Counted from the stretch's first letter, positions 1 through 25,254 are shown. The stretch: 64,000 nucleotides of DNA from Paragordius varius (GCA_964247055.1 OZ176055.1:1054001-1118000), one strand, 5' to 3'. Notes: a model not told the origin generated them from the sequence alone. Made by a program: numbers and translations.

Positions 1-546
1 ATCATTTGTATAAATGTGATAACTGCATGATCTTATACAAAACTTTTCATTGAAGTGCCCCATATTTATCTCTCTTTCTCAATGGGGTACAAAGAATAAA
101 TATTTTACAATAACCATTCCCAAAATATATAAATATTTTTAGGGCTAATTGTATATAAATTGCTTATTAATATAAATAAACTGGTGCTTTTGTGACAATT
201 TTAGGCCAAAATATTAGATTTTAAATTCAATAATGAGCATTATATTGAATAAATTTTTATATACTTAAAAGTTTAGGGTTATTTTATTTATAAACTCCTA
301 TGAACTAATTAAATAAATGAAACAACCTATGTATAAAAACTGACATAAAATTAGTATACAGCCTCCATTGTCAACTTTGACAAAATAAAAATAACAGTCG
401 TTCAATATAAATTTGTAGATCTCTGAAAAAATTAATAATTTTAATACCATCTTATAATTTTAAGTACAAATTAAACGATTATTTAATATATTTAATGACT
501 GTAAATATAAAAATTATAAGTCAATAAAAAAGTATCGACTAAAACA

Positions 547-1998
547 GCTATATTTATAAAAATGGAAAGTGGCTTTGTGATCTGTTTCAGGAAAACCGAT
601 TGACCCATTCAAATCCAAATATCGAAATAATATAATCAATAATAAACGTTTTGACAATAGATTCGCCCTTTTTTTGATTTAGGCTCCCAGTTCGGGCCCA
701 TCCCGTGTAAAAGAGGTTTTTTTGAAAACACAAATCCATAAAAATCGTGTCTTTGAGACAATTTTCCGGAAAACGTGTTGGACCATTCGATTTTAAATAT
801 GATTTTTTTTACTTTTTTCGACTGCGCCAAATAGGTCGGCTCGCTTTTTAAATTTAATCCCTCTTTTCCCGATCCCCCCGTATACCACTTTTACAAAAAT
901 AATTTTTTAAATCTATTTTACGCCGTAATAATTCAATGAGGATTCCACGTATTCCCTGTTAAAAAGCAAAAAATTTTTAATCAAGCGCTTTTTTGTATCA
1001 GTCTCTGGGTAGGAAGCTACCCGCCTAAAACTGCGCCACCATATCGAAATTGCGTTGTTTGGGAGTTAAGTTTCAGAAAACTTATCAGGTCACATAATTT
1101 TAATATGGACCTGAAATAATACCCGTAAAAAGGCAAAAATTCAACTCGAGCGGATTTTTTAAATTAGCTGTAAAACAGGCCCTTTACGCCCTAAATAATG
1201 CGCTATCACTGAACTAATATTTAGTTTTAAAGCAATATTTCCAAGAACTCATAGGAACATATGGAATCCATTATAATTCCAGATATTCCCTATATAAAAA
1301 CAAAAGTTTTGCCCGACACTTTTTTATACCTGTGTCTGGGTAGGGAGCTACCCGCAAAAAACTGCGCCACTATATAGAATTTGTGTTGTTTTGGAACTAT
1401 TACAGAAAACTTAGGCCATATGAGCACATTCGAAATACCGTAACTAGTTAAAAACTAAGGTCAGGCCTTTTTTATTAGCCGTAATTTGGGGCCTTTAAAA
1501 TCTAAAAATACGCCATCATATAATGATTATCTCGTGTTGAGGTATTTTTTCGAATGACGATGGTCTCAAAGATGATTCCAAATATTTTCCCTATAGGCAA
1601 AAAATATAATTTAGCACTTTTTCCATATAGTCCTATGTGTCGGTTCACTAAGACGCCATACAAAAATGGCGTGGCTTTGGAGCTAATTTTCAAAAAATGT
1701 AAAAAGCCATACTTCAATATAGGCTTTAAATATTACCCATAAAAAGGTATGGCATAGCAGCTTTTTTCGTTAGCCGTCAATTTGGGGCCTTTACATCAGC
1801 AACAATATATTAATATGAATGCACAGTTTTGAAACTTCTATGAAGCACCGTTGTAAAATCCTATAAGATCATAGCTATTAAATAATGTTTCGAAATATCC
1901 ACATATATGGATCATTTTATTGATCCCTTTTTTCAAATAGTCCCCTAGAAGTCCAAAGAACTTCCTCGGGCTGCGTAGCTGCACGAGATTTATGCTAA
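547..1998 (+). mobile_element. Non-autonomous Helitron-like element with internal ~300-bp tandem units
   Basis: 5' end a|gCTATATTTATAAAAATGG is Helitron TC-like (mutated). The 3' end has two hairpins (GAAGTCC-AAA-GAACTTC; CTCG..TGC..GCA..CGAG) followed by CTAA|T. The same termini recur on the minus strand at 27267-27840, and the same 5' end at ~31363. Confidence 0.7.
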
Positions 1999-2351
1999 TA
2001 TATATATATATATATATTTATATACATACATAGAGAGAGAATATATTTTTAAAAATATCGAAAAAGAATTGTTAGTGTGCATAAATCTGACTGATCACGG
2101 AATTATCTAAATAAAGAATTTTTTTCTCAAAAATACCAATCGTTAATTTAAAAAAAATGTCTTATTTAAAGTAAGCATTATATATATATATATATATATA
2201 TATACATGGATTTATTTTCCAAAAAAATCTATGGAATTTATTATTATGACTCTTCAATCATTGTGGTATGTTCTTCATTCAAACCTAATATATATGTAAA
2301 AAAATTTGAGTTACATAAAATGTATTTATATAAAATTAGGAAAAATGCATA

Positions 2352-14500
<12,149 letters not shown>

Positions 14501-14529
14501 TTATTGAAGTGAGCAAAAAATTTAAAGAT

Positions 14530-16702
14530 ATGAATGAATACTTTGACAATATGGATAATGGAAATGAACTTGAAAATTTAAATAAAATTTTCGATCGAAT
14601 TTTTAATTTCGTTGAGCAACTTAGGACAGGAGATACAATTAACGACGACAAAGATGTACATCAGGTGTTTATAAAATTATAATCCTAGAAAAAATGTTAT
14701 CAAATGATAAAATTGGCTGAAAATCTTCAAAATAAGATATCCTGTCTACACCTTTTGTCATCTAACGAAGAATTAAAAGAGATATCCGGTGAAAATCTAA
14801 AGTATATCTTTTATAACCTTTAAGATTTGTTCTCCTACCTGTACTAATAGGCTGTTTGCATTCAAATGTTAGGACAGGTAAGCGTCTTAACCACTTAAAA
14901 ATAGCTCAAGTAAATTTTAAATATATTCATTAGAAATTAATGCAATCTTTTATTCTTCAATGCAAAACATATCAAATTTTTGGGGATGAAACCTCCATTT
15001 TGATCAATCCAAACGCATCATCATCTAGTCCAGAAACTAATCGAAACTTGAAAATAAAAATGTTTCAAAGGGAAAAAGCCCTTGAAAATGACATAAAAAT
15101 GTTACGAAATGGGATTCGTAATAAAATACAAAATTCAAACCATTTTAAAACGGATGAAGATGCATTTGATCAAGAAATTGTATTATACTAACATAATAAT
15201 TTATTACCGTATAATTCTACTTTTTTTTCGTTTGACTACCTACCTCATTTTAATATTTTATATATTTTTTAATAAAGATTTTACTATAGTATGGATAAAA
15301 ATCTAAAGATTAATTTTAAAATAACCACTTAATTGTACTCTATTATCGTGAAAATATAAATATTTTTCAGTTGTCTTTGCTTGAAAAATGTAGCTTTTGA
15401 CTAAAAAATGTTATATATATAAATACTTTTTAATAGAAAAAGTTGTTTGTAAAGATTTTGGAACAATACACATTGTTTGCGGTGAAAGAATTACCCATTT
15501 TAACATGTAAGCAAAGCTTTTGTATTATCAATTTTAATTTAGTAGAGATCAAAATGTTAACAGAACGAAATAATGTGACAGAAGATGAGAATCTGACAGC
15601 AGAAAATAACCAAAATATGAAGACTGGACCTCAATTTTCTAATCATACCAATATCCCTTCTATAATTAAGGTAAGTTTATTTAAAATACACGTATTAATT
15701 GGTCTTTTAAAATATTAAGGTACTTTGATAGTTTAAAAGGTAAATAGGATTTTTTTTATAATCAGAGTTTAAATTTATCGTCTATCTTTATTAAATATTA
15801 AAAACTTATTGCAAAGAATTTTATATATATATATATATATTAAAAACGGGTTTATTTCGCTTCCAAAAAATGATAATCTGCAATGTTTACAAATAGTATG
15901 CAAAAGTATAATTATATAATAAATATCAAACTGAAAAAAAAAATAACGAAAAAAAACACAATTTTAACATTGTTTTAAACCGCAATTATTGATTATTAAA
16001 TAAATAGTTTAGGCCTTAAAATACGTTTCGTTTTTACACTTTTAAATTTTCCTTTTAAATCTTTTAAAGATGTTTGAATAAAAAAGATTTTTTTGCCACA
16101 TTTAGATTGATAAATTGCATACGAATCCAGAGTTAAACATTAAAAATTTTAGTACTTCGGCAGCTGTTTTTGGTAAAGGGTACCCTAGTTTACCAACTCT
16201 GACACCGGCTGAATGGTATGATCAAAGATTTAATACCGCACATAAAAATTGTGGTTCCCCTAACAATAGAAACGAGCTAATAGTTAATTCTGAAACTCAA
16301 AAAATTGATTGCGAATACAAGTTAGATGAACCTATTCATGATATTTCTGATTTGAGAATCCTGAGACGTTATGAAGATGAATGGAAAGATGGTTTTTTTT
16401 TCTTTCAAAAAATTTGAACTTTTTTATATATACTTATAAGTCAGTGCAATCATTATGATTCTAATAAAGAATTTTTTTCTACATTGTTTGAATAGATTTA
16501 TGGTATTTTTTTCGAAGAGAAAAATAGTATCCTAATAATAATCTTCCATGGTACTGTTTAATACAATCTCATTTGCAATTTATTTTGTTTAATGTTTTTA
16601 TATATCCATTCACCGATCATTTAAAAAATATAGCTATAAATTATTTATTTTTTGTTTGTAGATCATCCTCGGGGATGGGGAAACACATATCGAATGGGAT
16701 AA
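14530..16702 (+). CDS. IGBP1: Immunoglobulin-binding protein 1 / alpha4 / TAP42 (PP2A regulator), ~367 aa, 8 exons
   Basis: Exons: 14530-14664, 14689-14801, 14825-14909, 14934-15179, 15437-15506, 15543-15670, 16106-16391, 16662-16702 (1104 nt). Motifs: SNEELKEI..LK, KRLNHL, VFGKGYPSLPTLT..EWY, DEWKDDHPRGWGN.YRMG*. An in-frame stop lies upstream of ATG 14530; ATG 14551 is an alternative start. Confidence 0.93.
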
Positions 16703-16904
16703 TTTTTTTATACTTAAGAAGTAAAATGCAACTGATGTATATTATTTAATAAATTTTATATATATTATATAAACAAGTTTATTTTTAAAATGAAAGACTT
16801 TATGGAAGCTACCATTTTTTTTTCAACGCGTTTTTGTGCAAAAAATACCTAAATACTCCGATAAAATATTGTGTCATCCACTTGTATAGGGAAAAGTATT
16901 CATA

Positions 16905-17213
16905 ATTATTTACAATTCAATTCACTCTTAAACAATACAAATTCAGCCTTGAACAATTCAAATTCAGCCTAAAAATAGGTTGTGTTTTTGAACTAGTATA
17001 ACTTAATATTAATATGAAATATATCATTATGGTATAGTTTATTATTTTTTAGTATTATTTTAATTTATCACAAAATTTATATTTTCTAATATAGGTTATT
17101 TTTAATCTTAAAAAACATATTTTATTTTAGGGTGAATTTGAATGATTCGAGGTGAATTCGAATTGTTTAAGGGTGATTTGAATTGTTTAAGGATGAGTTA
17201 GAATTGTAAATGG
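16905..17213. mobile_element. MITE family A copy
   Basis: Multiple 21-bp subterminal units at both ends; right end AAATGG|TATA. Confidence 0.65.
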
Positions 17214-17670
17214 TATATATATAGTTATATATTATAAATGTTTTATAATAAAAATATATGCTACTTTTTCTCAAATACAATTCATTCCGAAAGTTTTTTA
17301 GATAGTAAGTTTTACTCATTTTTTTTAAAATAAATTTTTAAATCTTACGTATGGTAAAATAAAATCTTTTACCACTGCGCGTTTTTTATCCATATTAGAC
17401 TTTAATGTGCGAGCTTTAGTTGTAAGTCTTAAGAGGACTTTTGAAAAAAAGTAAAAATTTATTTAATACCATTTTTCCTAAATTATTTTTTAAATACTAA
17501 CATATAAAATTTAGTTTACGCCTATTTATCGTATTTTTTTATTTACGATGAAATGGCTTATGCCATATAGTAACTTTTTTTATATAACCGCATTTAGCTT
17601 TTGAAATTTATTATTTTGCTAATTGAGACATTAAAGCTTTATTAGGTTATATACCTTTTCTAAGCATTTT

Positions 17671-18923
17671 ATTATTATTGTAGCAAAGATCGTTGTCGAT
17701 TTATTGCTTTTTCGAAGGTGTATTTTCTCCAGTTTATTCGATTGTAAGTGAGTGATGTTAGCTGTTGTAAAGAGAGATTGGTTTCTTTGGTTAGGTTTTC
17801 GATCCAGCGCATCTTGCAGCCACGTTTCCTGGTTCCTCGACCTTGCCTGTCATTAGTTGAAATTCCAAGTCATTAGCTCTGGTAATGTGACCAAAGTATG
17901 ATAATTTCATTTTGAGGCACATGCCAATCAGGTGTATCTCGGGGTTTATTTTGTCAAGGATTACAGTGTTATTTATTTTGTCTTTCCAAGTGATTCGAAG
18001 TATCTTCGGCCAGCAATTTCGAAAGCGTTAATGTATTTTTCGTCTACCTTTTTTATTGTCCAGCTTTCTGATGCGTATAGCATGCTAGGAAATAGGATTT
18101 GACTAAACGGATTTTTGTTTTAAGTTTGGTGTCGTGTGATGACCATAGTTTATTATATTTTATCATTTTTGTCTTAGCAATTCCTATTCTTCTTTTGATG
18201 TCGGGGGTGCTGTTGTTAGTTGGACTGCCTAGGTAAGTGTATTGGGACACTACTTCTATTTGTTGGTTGTGAAAAGATAAGTTGTTATAGTGGTTATGAG
18301 CGTTTATAATCATGATTTTAGTTTTTTTAAAGTTGATCGTCAATCCAAATTTTTGACATTCGTTTGAGAATTCAGTTGAGAGTTTTTTGAGGTTGTCCAC
18401 TGAGTTTGACAGCAGTATAGTGTCATCAGCATAGTAAGTGATGATATAATACTGCCGGCGATGCTTATACCATTAGTTTTATCTATGTTTCGTAATACGC
18501 TTTCTATGCAGACGTTAAAAAGAGTGGGTGAACAACCAAGCATCAAAAGTTTTCCTCAAAATAATTCACAGGCGTATCTAAGGCATAATTGAAGCCGAAC
18601 TTTCTAATACCCAAGCGGGATTTAGAACCAATCGCGGATGCAGGGACATGCAGCAATATACGTTGGATATTCGAAAAACAAATTGAATTTCAGAAAAAAA
18701 TCCACATCTGCTTCATTGATTTTACAAAATTCTTCGACAGCGTGAAACACGACACGGTGTTGAAGGCACTATCTCAGATGGGAGTTTCAGATCACATTTT
18801 AAACATCATTAAATCCCTCTATTCCAATTCATCACTAAACATAAAAACCCCACACGGCACAAGTAATTGGGTACAAATGAACAACGGTTTACGACAAGGA
18901 TGCCTCCTTTCACCCACTCTTTT
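17671..18923 (-). mobile_element. 5'-inverted RTE-like LINE remnant with target-site duplication
   Basis: The plus piece 18545-18926 encodes FIDFTKFFDSV..GLRQGCLLSPTLF. The minus piece continues SPTLFN..GLTINFKKTKIM..YTYLGS..IKRRIGIAK and ends in an (AAT)n tail. TSD TAAGCATTTT at 17661-17670 and 18924-18933. Confidence 0.88.
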
Positions 18924-19125
18924 TAAGCATTTTACATGATTTAAATATTAAAGGATTTGAAAAACTTAAAATAATTGTTTGGCGCGTTTTTTTTTTCATT
19001 TATTTCTTCCAAATGGCGTAACCCTATATTTCAGTTTAAAGTCCATTATTTGCATTTATAATATTATTAGGAACCAACAGACCCCATTACACATTATGTA
19101 AAATTAAAGGCTGAAATAAGGTGTA

Positions 19126-19298
19126 CAGTATTCATTTCAATGGTTGCTTATTTCATACTATTAGAGCAATGTGCAACACAACAGTAGTGTATGGAAAAAA
19201 TAACAAAATATGGATAAAAAATTTATTTCTTTTTTCCATGCGCTACTGTTTTGCAAATTGCTATAGTGCGAAAAAAGCAACCATTAAAATGCATACCG
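19126..19298. mobile_element. MITE family C copy
   Basis: TA|CAGTATTCATTTCAATGGTTGC ... GCAACCATTAAAATGCATACCG|TA. Confidence 0.6.
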
Positions 19299-19303
19299 TA
19301 TAC

Positions 19304-21204
19304 CAGTGGTACTCAAACCGCGGGCCGCATGCGGCCCTAAGAGTCCTTTAAAATTGCCCTACGACCATATTGATAGTTAAATTATTTTTTTATTGATGAA
19401 TTTTTAAAATACGCTTAAACAAATTTTCGCTTATTTTAAAATTAATTTATTTTTTTAGATTAAATTTTGGTATTTTACCCAATTCAAAAAGTAGAAAAAA
19501 TTCCCTACACTAAAATGATTTCAAAATTTTGGCACACGTTGTTTTTGTTTCTGTATTCTATTTTCTTATTTTGAAATTTTTATTGCACTTTTTTGTATTT
19601 GAGCAAGCCTTTCAACCAAAATATACATATTCTTTTCATTGCTATCCTACCGCATTTTTTATTACTCATTCCCATAAAGTTTTTCAAATCAACATCATTT
19701 AATTTCATGTTTTTTTAGCATATCAAATTTTATTCCTATTATTTTGAAAAAATTTATATAATATTAAAAAATTCAAAAGATGACATCTAATGCTAAAAAA
19801 CGTAAATTTTCCGATGAAAATCGCTTTTTTAAAAAAGAACGGGAAGAAAAATTCTTTGTCGTTTAAAATGTGTTCTTACCTGCCTTATATGTAAGGACAA
19901 CATAATTGTAAAAAAACAATATTGAAAGACATCTCAGTGTGCGCTCTTGGTGAGATTTTGCAACGACAACAGAATCAACGAGGGATATATTTTAAATTTT
20001 TACCAATGAATAAAACCAAGAAAGGAAGTCATTTTCTCGAAATAATTAGCACTTTTTCCGATAATTATGGTATCTCTATGAAAAAAATGGTTTATATCCT
20101 CACAGATGGCTGTTCCTTTATGATTGGAATAAACAAAGGATTTATTCCCTTGAAAAACAAATATAATTTGTATAATATTTTATCATTTCACTGCTTTATT
20201 CATCAGCAAAACTTGGTTTCGCGTGTAAAAGATGAATCCAATTCAGTAATTAAAACGGTTGTGGATATAGTTCACATACGTGGCAGAAAATTCAACCGCC
20301 GTAAATTCAAAAACCTTTTGAAAGATATATACAGTGAGTTTGATGATATTCTTTTGTACACCGCTGTGAGATGGCTAAGCCTTAGCAAAATATTAAATAG
20401 ATTTTTTGTTTTAATACAGGAAATTCTATTATTTATAGAAGATGACAGAAAGTATGACGAGGTTCAATATTAACAATTGGTGGGTTTTATTAGCCTACCT
20501 TTGCGACATTACTTATAAAAGTATTTTAAGTACAAGTCTTCTAGGGAGTAAAAACCCAATTTGCTAAAATATTTGCTTTTGAAGAAAAAATAATAATATG
20601 TAAAGATATTATAAATAAAACTCTACTATATTTTCCAACACTTAAAACGATTGATGGAAAAAATATGGAATTATAGCGGTATTTAATAATAGACAATCAT
20701 AACACTTTAATCAAATGAGATGAAACTCAGATTTCAAGAATTAAGAAATATTAAAAATTGATTAAAACTCTTTGAAAATCCAAATAAATATGAAAATATA
20801 AAAAATGTGCTCAAGTTATCCTAACTGTTTTTCCCTCAACTTACACGTGTGATACAGCATATTCAAAAATGAAGTATGTCAAAAATACATACAGAAATCG
20901 CTTAACCGTTGATCATATGGACGACATATTAAGATTGGCCTGTCATGAGGCGAAACCAAATTTGTCAAAAGTTATTGGTTACTATCAAAATAAATGTTGC
21001 TATCAAAATATTTTAATTTATAAAACTAAATGGTGCGAAACGAATTTACATGCGATCAGCAAAAAATTCATTGTGCATATTTAGGGTATAAATATGTGCA
21101 TATGTGGCAAATAGCTATGGAATATTTGTCATTATAAGGTTCATGGCCCTCGAAAAAAAATATATTTTATTTGGCCCTTCACATTTTTTTGGTGAGTACC
21201 ACTG
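19304..21204 (+). mobile_element. hAT (Buster/SPIN-Charlie type) DNA transposon, defective
   Basis: TIRs CAGTGGTACTCA / TGAGTACCACTG; 8-bp TSD CCGTATAC / CTGTATAC (7 of 8 match, central TA typical of Buster elements). Confidence 0.88.
19780..20990 (+). pseudogene. Disrupted GTF2IRD2/SPIN-like hAT transposase
   Basis: Fragments MTSNAKKRKF, ILTDG, FHCFIHQQNL, VRWLSLSKILNRF, FSKMKYVKNTYRNRLTVDHMDDILRL; multiple stops and frameshifts. Confidence 0.82.
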
Positions 21205-22010
21205 CTGTATACTATTTGAAACTTTGTGTTTTTGATACAAGTTTTACATAATACACCCTGAACTAAGCTAATAAATAAATTATCTAAAAATAGTCAATAT
21301 TATTTGTGTTCATAAAATGTTTATGTTGCTATGTATTGAAAGAATGACTCTACTTATATGTGAAATAGATAATTTTTGGATTTACAATAAAAGTTTTATA
21401 GCTTAAAAGAATGGATATTTGTAAATTTGCCAATTTTTCCGACAACGAAGACGGTTCTTGGCTTGTTTTCTCTTTGCTGTTAAAAACTAGAAATTTAAAA
21501 TTAAACAATTTTCATGAACTATAAATATGTAGATATACCCATATAAATATTATATTTGCTGTAAAAACCTATCGGTACATTTTAAAAGTAATATTTTAAA
21601 AAGCTTATGTTTCCCCTTTAACAGACTACATCTTATGGATCTAAACCCCTAACTATTATAATGCACTTATCATTCCAATCTTTTTAACAATCGTTCCGCT
21701 ATGTCACTTCACATATCAGTGGTGAAATCTCGTTTATTAATTTATTTCAATATCATATTTTTTGCTTGGTTCCTCCAGGCATATTCAACAAAGAATAATT
21801 TTAGCAAGAAAATTTATATAATCCCCGTGTCAATTTTCATATTAAATAATTGTGTTATAGCCAATATATGCTGCTACCCAATGGTTTTTTATTTATTAGA
21901 AATTTGATTATGATTTAAATATGTTTTATCAATGGTAGTTTTCGTAGAGTACCATGCAACTATCACAATCATGTACACCATTCTTATCTATAAATAAATA
22001 TATATATATA

Positions 22011-22287
22011 CAGTAAAAATTAATATTGTACGGACTAAAAATATAAAGACAAATATTTTTATCTAAAAAACAACCATACTTTTTCAAACCATAATTTATC
22101 CTAATAAAATAATTTAATTACAATCGTCTCCTACATAAATTGCTTGTGTTATCTATTTACTCGATTTTATTTTATAGTTTGAAACAATTAACATAATAAA
22201 ATTAAGACTCAAGTATGAATTCTTTTAGAAAAAAGATAATTGTCTTGATATTTTTACGATTTGTCCATATAATTTCAATTTTTACTG
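22011..22287. mobile_element. MITE family B copy (best preserved)
   Basis: TA|CAGTAAAAATT...AATTTTTACTG|TA. Confidence 0.72.
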
Positions 22288-23405
22288 TATAATAAAATAA
22301 AGTTCGTATGTTAAAAAGGTAAGGCTTTAGTATTTTTAAATCTAAAAACCGACATGTTTTAAGATTTCAGATTCTAAAAACTTGATTTATTTTTCAAAAA
22401 TTAAATCAAAATTTCAACTATTGTTATATTCGCTTAATAAAACTTTGCATCCCAAATAATTTTCTATTGGTTAAAATAAAATTAGCGTCGTTTTTATAAA
22501 CCGATATCGCGGTTCCAAATTTTTGTTTTTTTATATATAATAAATTTATTCCTTTTTTTGATTAGTATTGAAAGTTTGCCTTATTTTTGCAGTTTACATT
22601 TGTATTTTAAAGGGATTTTTTTTCAGTCATGATATTTAGGTTATTTGCTATAGATGATTGGTTTTTTTTCTTGATAATAATAACATAAATTTGTGGTCGA
22701 ATTGAATTATTCCTAAAAATTATAAACAAATTGATAAGGCAACTGTTTCGGTATAAAAAATATATTTCACGTGTTTCATATATTTTTTCAGATTCTATAA
22801 GCGATAAAAATTTTTTTAAGTAAACATTTTATTTATCAGCTTCATACAAAACGGATTAAAAACCCGTCCAAATTAAGAATTTTGCAAAAAAATATCTGAT
22901 CAATGTTACATTAATTTTCGACTAATTGATCGGATGACATTAATTAAATTACCTTTAAAATTTCCAAAAATAATTGTATGCTACTTTTCAAAATTATATT
23001 CATATCTACAATTTATACTGAGGCCCATGGCACGCCTGTGATTATAAAAATTCTTTTCTATATTAAATACATGCAATTGTGTCAAACAGCTATATAAATT
23101 TATTGGGTTTTGATATAATGCACGGCCAGGCCTTTGAGAAGTAAGATTTTTTGTAATCCTTTATAAGTTTTTTGGTTATATTTTATTTCCTTGTTAAAGA
23201 TTAAGCCTTAAATTGGTTGAGCTTTTGTGAAAGTATAAACACATGCCTGAGGGCTGACAGAGTGTGATAATGCAAAAATTGACAGTTTCAGGTTTTATTG
23301 ACAAAACACACATAAACAGTGTAATAGGTCAGAGAGCCCTACCTACTGTACTGTATCAAAGATTTAATTAATATTTTTGTTTGAATGGTTCAAATAGTTG
23401 ATTTT

Positions 23406-23441
<36 letters not shown>

Positions 23442-24131
23442 ACCCCAATCACACTCTATTAAAGTAAATTAGAGTTTAACACGTAGTGTTATGAACGATA
23501 CTCAAGCTAAAATTAATTAATAGAGCTGTCATTATTATCACCTTTTTTGATATTCAATGTTATGAATTGTGTACTATTGTCCGGCAAAGGGAAAGAGAAA
23601 TCTACAGCCAAGATATCCTCATTTGGTATGTAAAAGAAATCGGAGTGTCCAATCTACGAAATAATTAATAAATCCAATTTGAAATTTAATTTTTAATTTT
23701 CTAGCAAATTTGTGTTTTATCATCATTTTTTACTTTAAAATAAACATTACAGTAAAAATTTAAATTATAGTCAAATATATTCGATCCACGGCCCACGAAG
23801 CCATTTATTTCGATGAATGTTTAATATAGAATTGGATACTTTTGGGCCATCTAATCAGTTATTTTATAAACAGATATATTTGGATATAGGTGTAACTGTT
23901 TAGTTTTTTTTTCTCCATTTTATCAATTATCCTAACAATATGACTGCATTGTTGCACCATTATTTTTAAAACAAAACAATAGCTTTTAATGCTTACAGAA
24001 TATTCTTTGTATTTTCCCTTTTCATTGTATATGACTTGAAGAGTTAAAGGAAACTTTGGTGGTACAAATGATAGTTGAGTAGCCATATTATATTGAGTGT
24101 AAAAAAAATTCAAACAATCTATCATTTTTTA

Positions 24132-24137
<6 letters not shown>

Positions 24138-24191
<54 letters not shown>
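24138..24191. repeat. (TA)27 microsatellite
   Basis: Perfect TA run abutting the foldback element. Confidence 0.92.
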
Positions 24192-24192
<1 letters not shown>

Positions 24193-25254
24193 TGTGCAAA
24201 AATTTTTTTTGAGTAGCTTATGACCAGCGAATTCATTTGCCGCAAAAATTTTTATTTGTTGACAACCTAGTTTATGAAATATTGAAAGAAAATTGAAATC
24301 GGGCAAAAAGTGAAAATTATGGATAATTAAGGATCAAAAAATAATGATAAAATTTGATATTATGGTTTATTATCAGATATATTTTCAATATATAAATAGC
24401 CTAATATCATAGAGTTAGGGTTTATATAAAATTTCATATCAAAAGAGGCGTTTTTCTTTTTACACTTAAAAACAAAAAAATTTAATGTAACTATATTAAA
24501 ATATTTATTTAATTATTCACTACATAAACTCACTTTAGCTTGAAAACATTTATATGCTATTCAGTAAAAAAACTTAAACATCATATTAAAACCAAAGATA
24601 TTGTTTTTATTTTTGCATTTTTTTGTCATCTAGTTTATAAGTGTATAAAAATATACTGTTATTTTTTAAAGTCTTTAGTGTGAATGAAGTATATAATTTC
24701 TGCAAAATAGGTTTAAAAGTAGTGAATATCAACCAACAATCCTTACAAATTTCTATAAAAAGTCTGGTTTAATACAAATTAAACTTTTATTAGGATTCGT
24801 AAGGATTGTATTGATATTCCGCTACTTTTTGATCCTATTCTGTATAAATTATATACTTAATAATTCACACTCATATAAGATTCCAAAATAAACAGTTTAA
24901 TTTTTTTATGCACTCATAAACCAGATGAAAACCAAATGCAAAAATAAAAAACAATATTTTTGGTGTAATTTTGATATATAAGTTTATTTTACTGAATAAA
25001 ATATAAATGTTGAGATTTTAATAGTTAAGGTAATAAATAATTAAAAAAAAAATTATTTTAATATAGTTTCATTAAAAATTTTTTGTCTTTTAAGTGTGTT
25101 AAAAAAAACGCCATTTCTGAGATGAAATTTTATAGAAACTCGATTTTCTCTCAAGATTTCAAAAACTAGGTTGTCAAATACAAATTTTTGCGGCTAAATA
25201 CGCTGGTCATAAGTTATCTCGTGAAAAAATTAACCTTCTTTTTTGCACACAGTG
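24190..25254. mobile_element. ~1.06-kb foldback (whole-element imperfect palindrome)
   Basis: Arms of ~500 bp pair along their length, e.g. TTATGACCAGCG / CGCTGGTCATAA, TTGACAACCTAGTTT / AAACTAGGTTGTCAA, AATCCTTAC / GTAAGGATT. Centre is near 24770; right end TTTTTGCACACAGTG. Confidence 0.75.

Noticed and set aside
636-1742. Short ORFs of 60-80 aa here and at 27469-27682, 30072-30373 and 33236-33493
   Set aside because: They lie within non-coding Helitron repeats and are not conserved in frame between copies.
14878-14904. Strong-looking GTAAGC donor and a 5-nt micro-exon in IGBP1
   Set aside because: Reading through gives GKRLNHLKIAQ, which matches alpha4, so no intron is needed.
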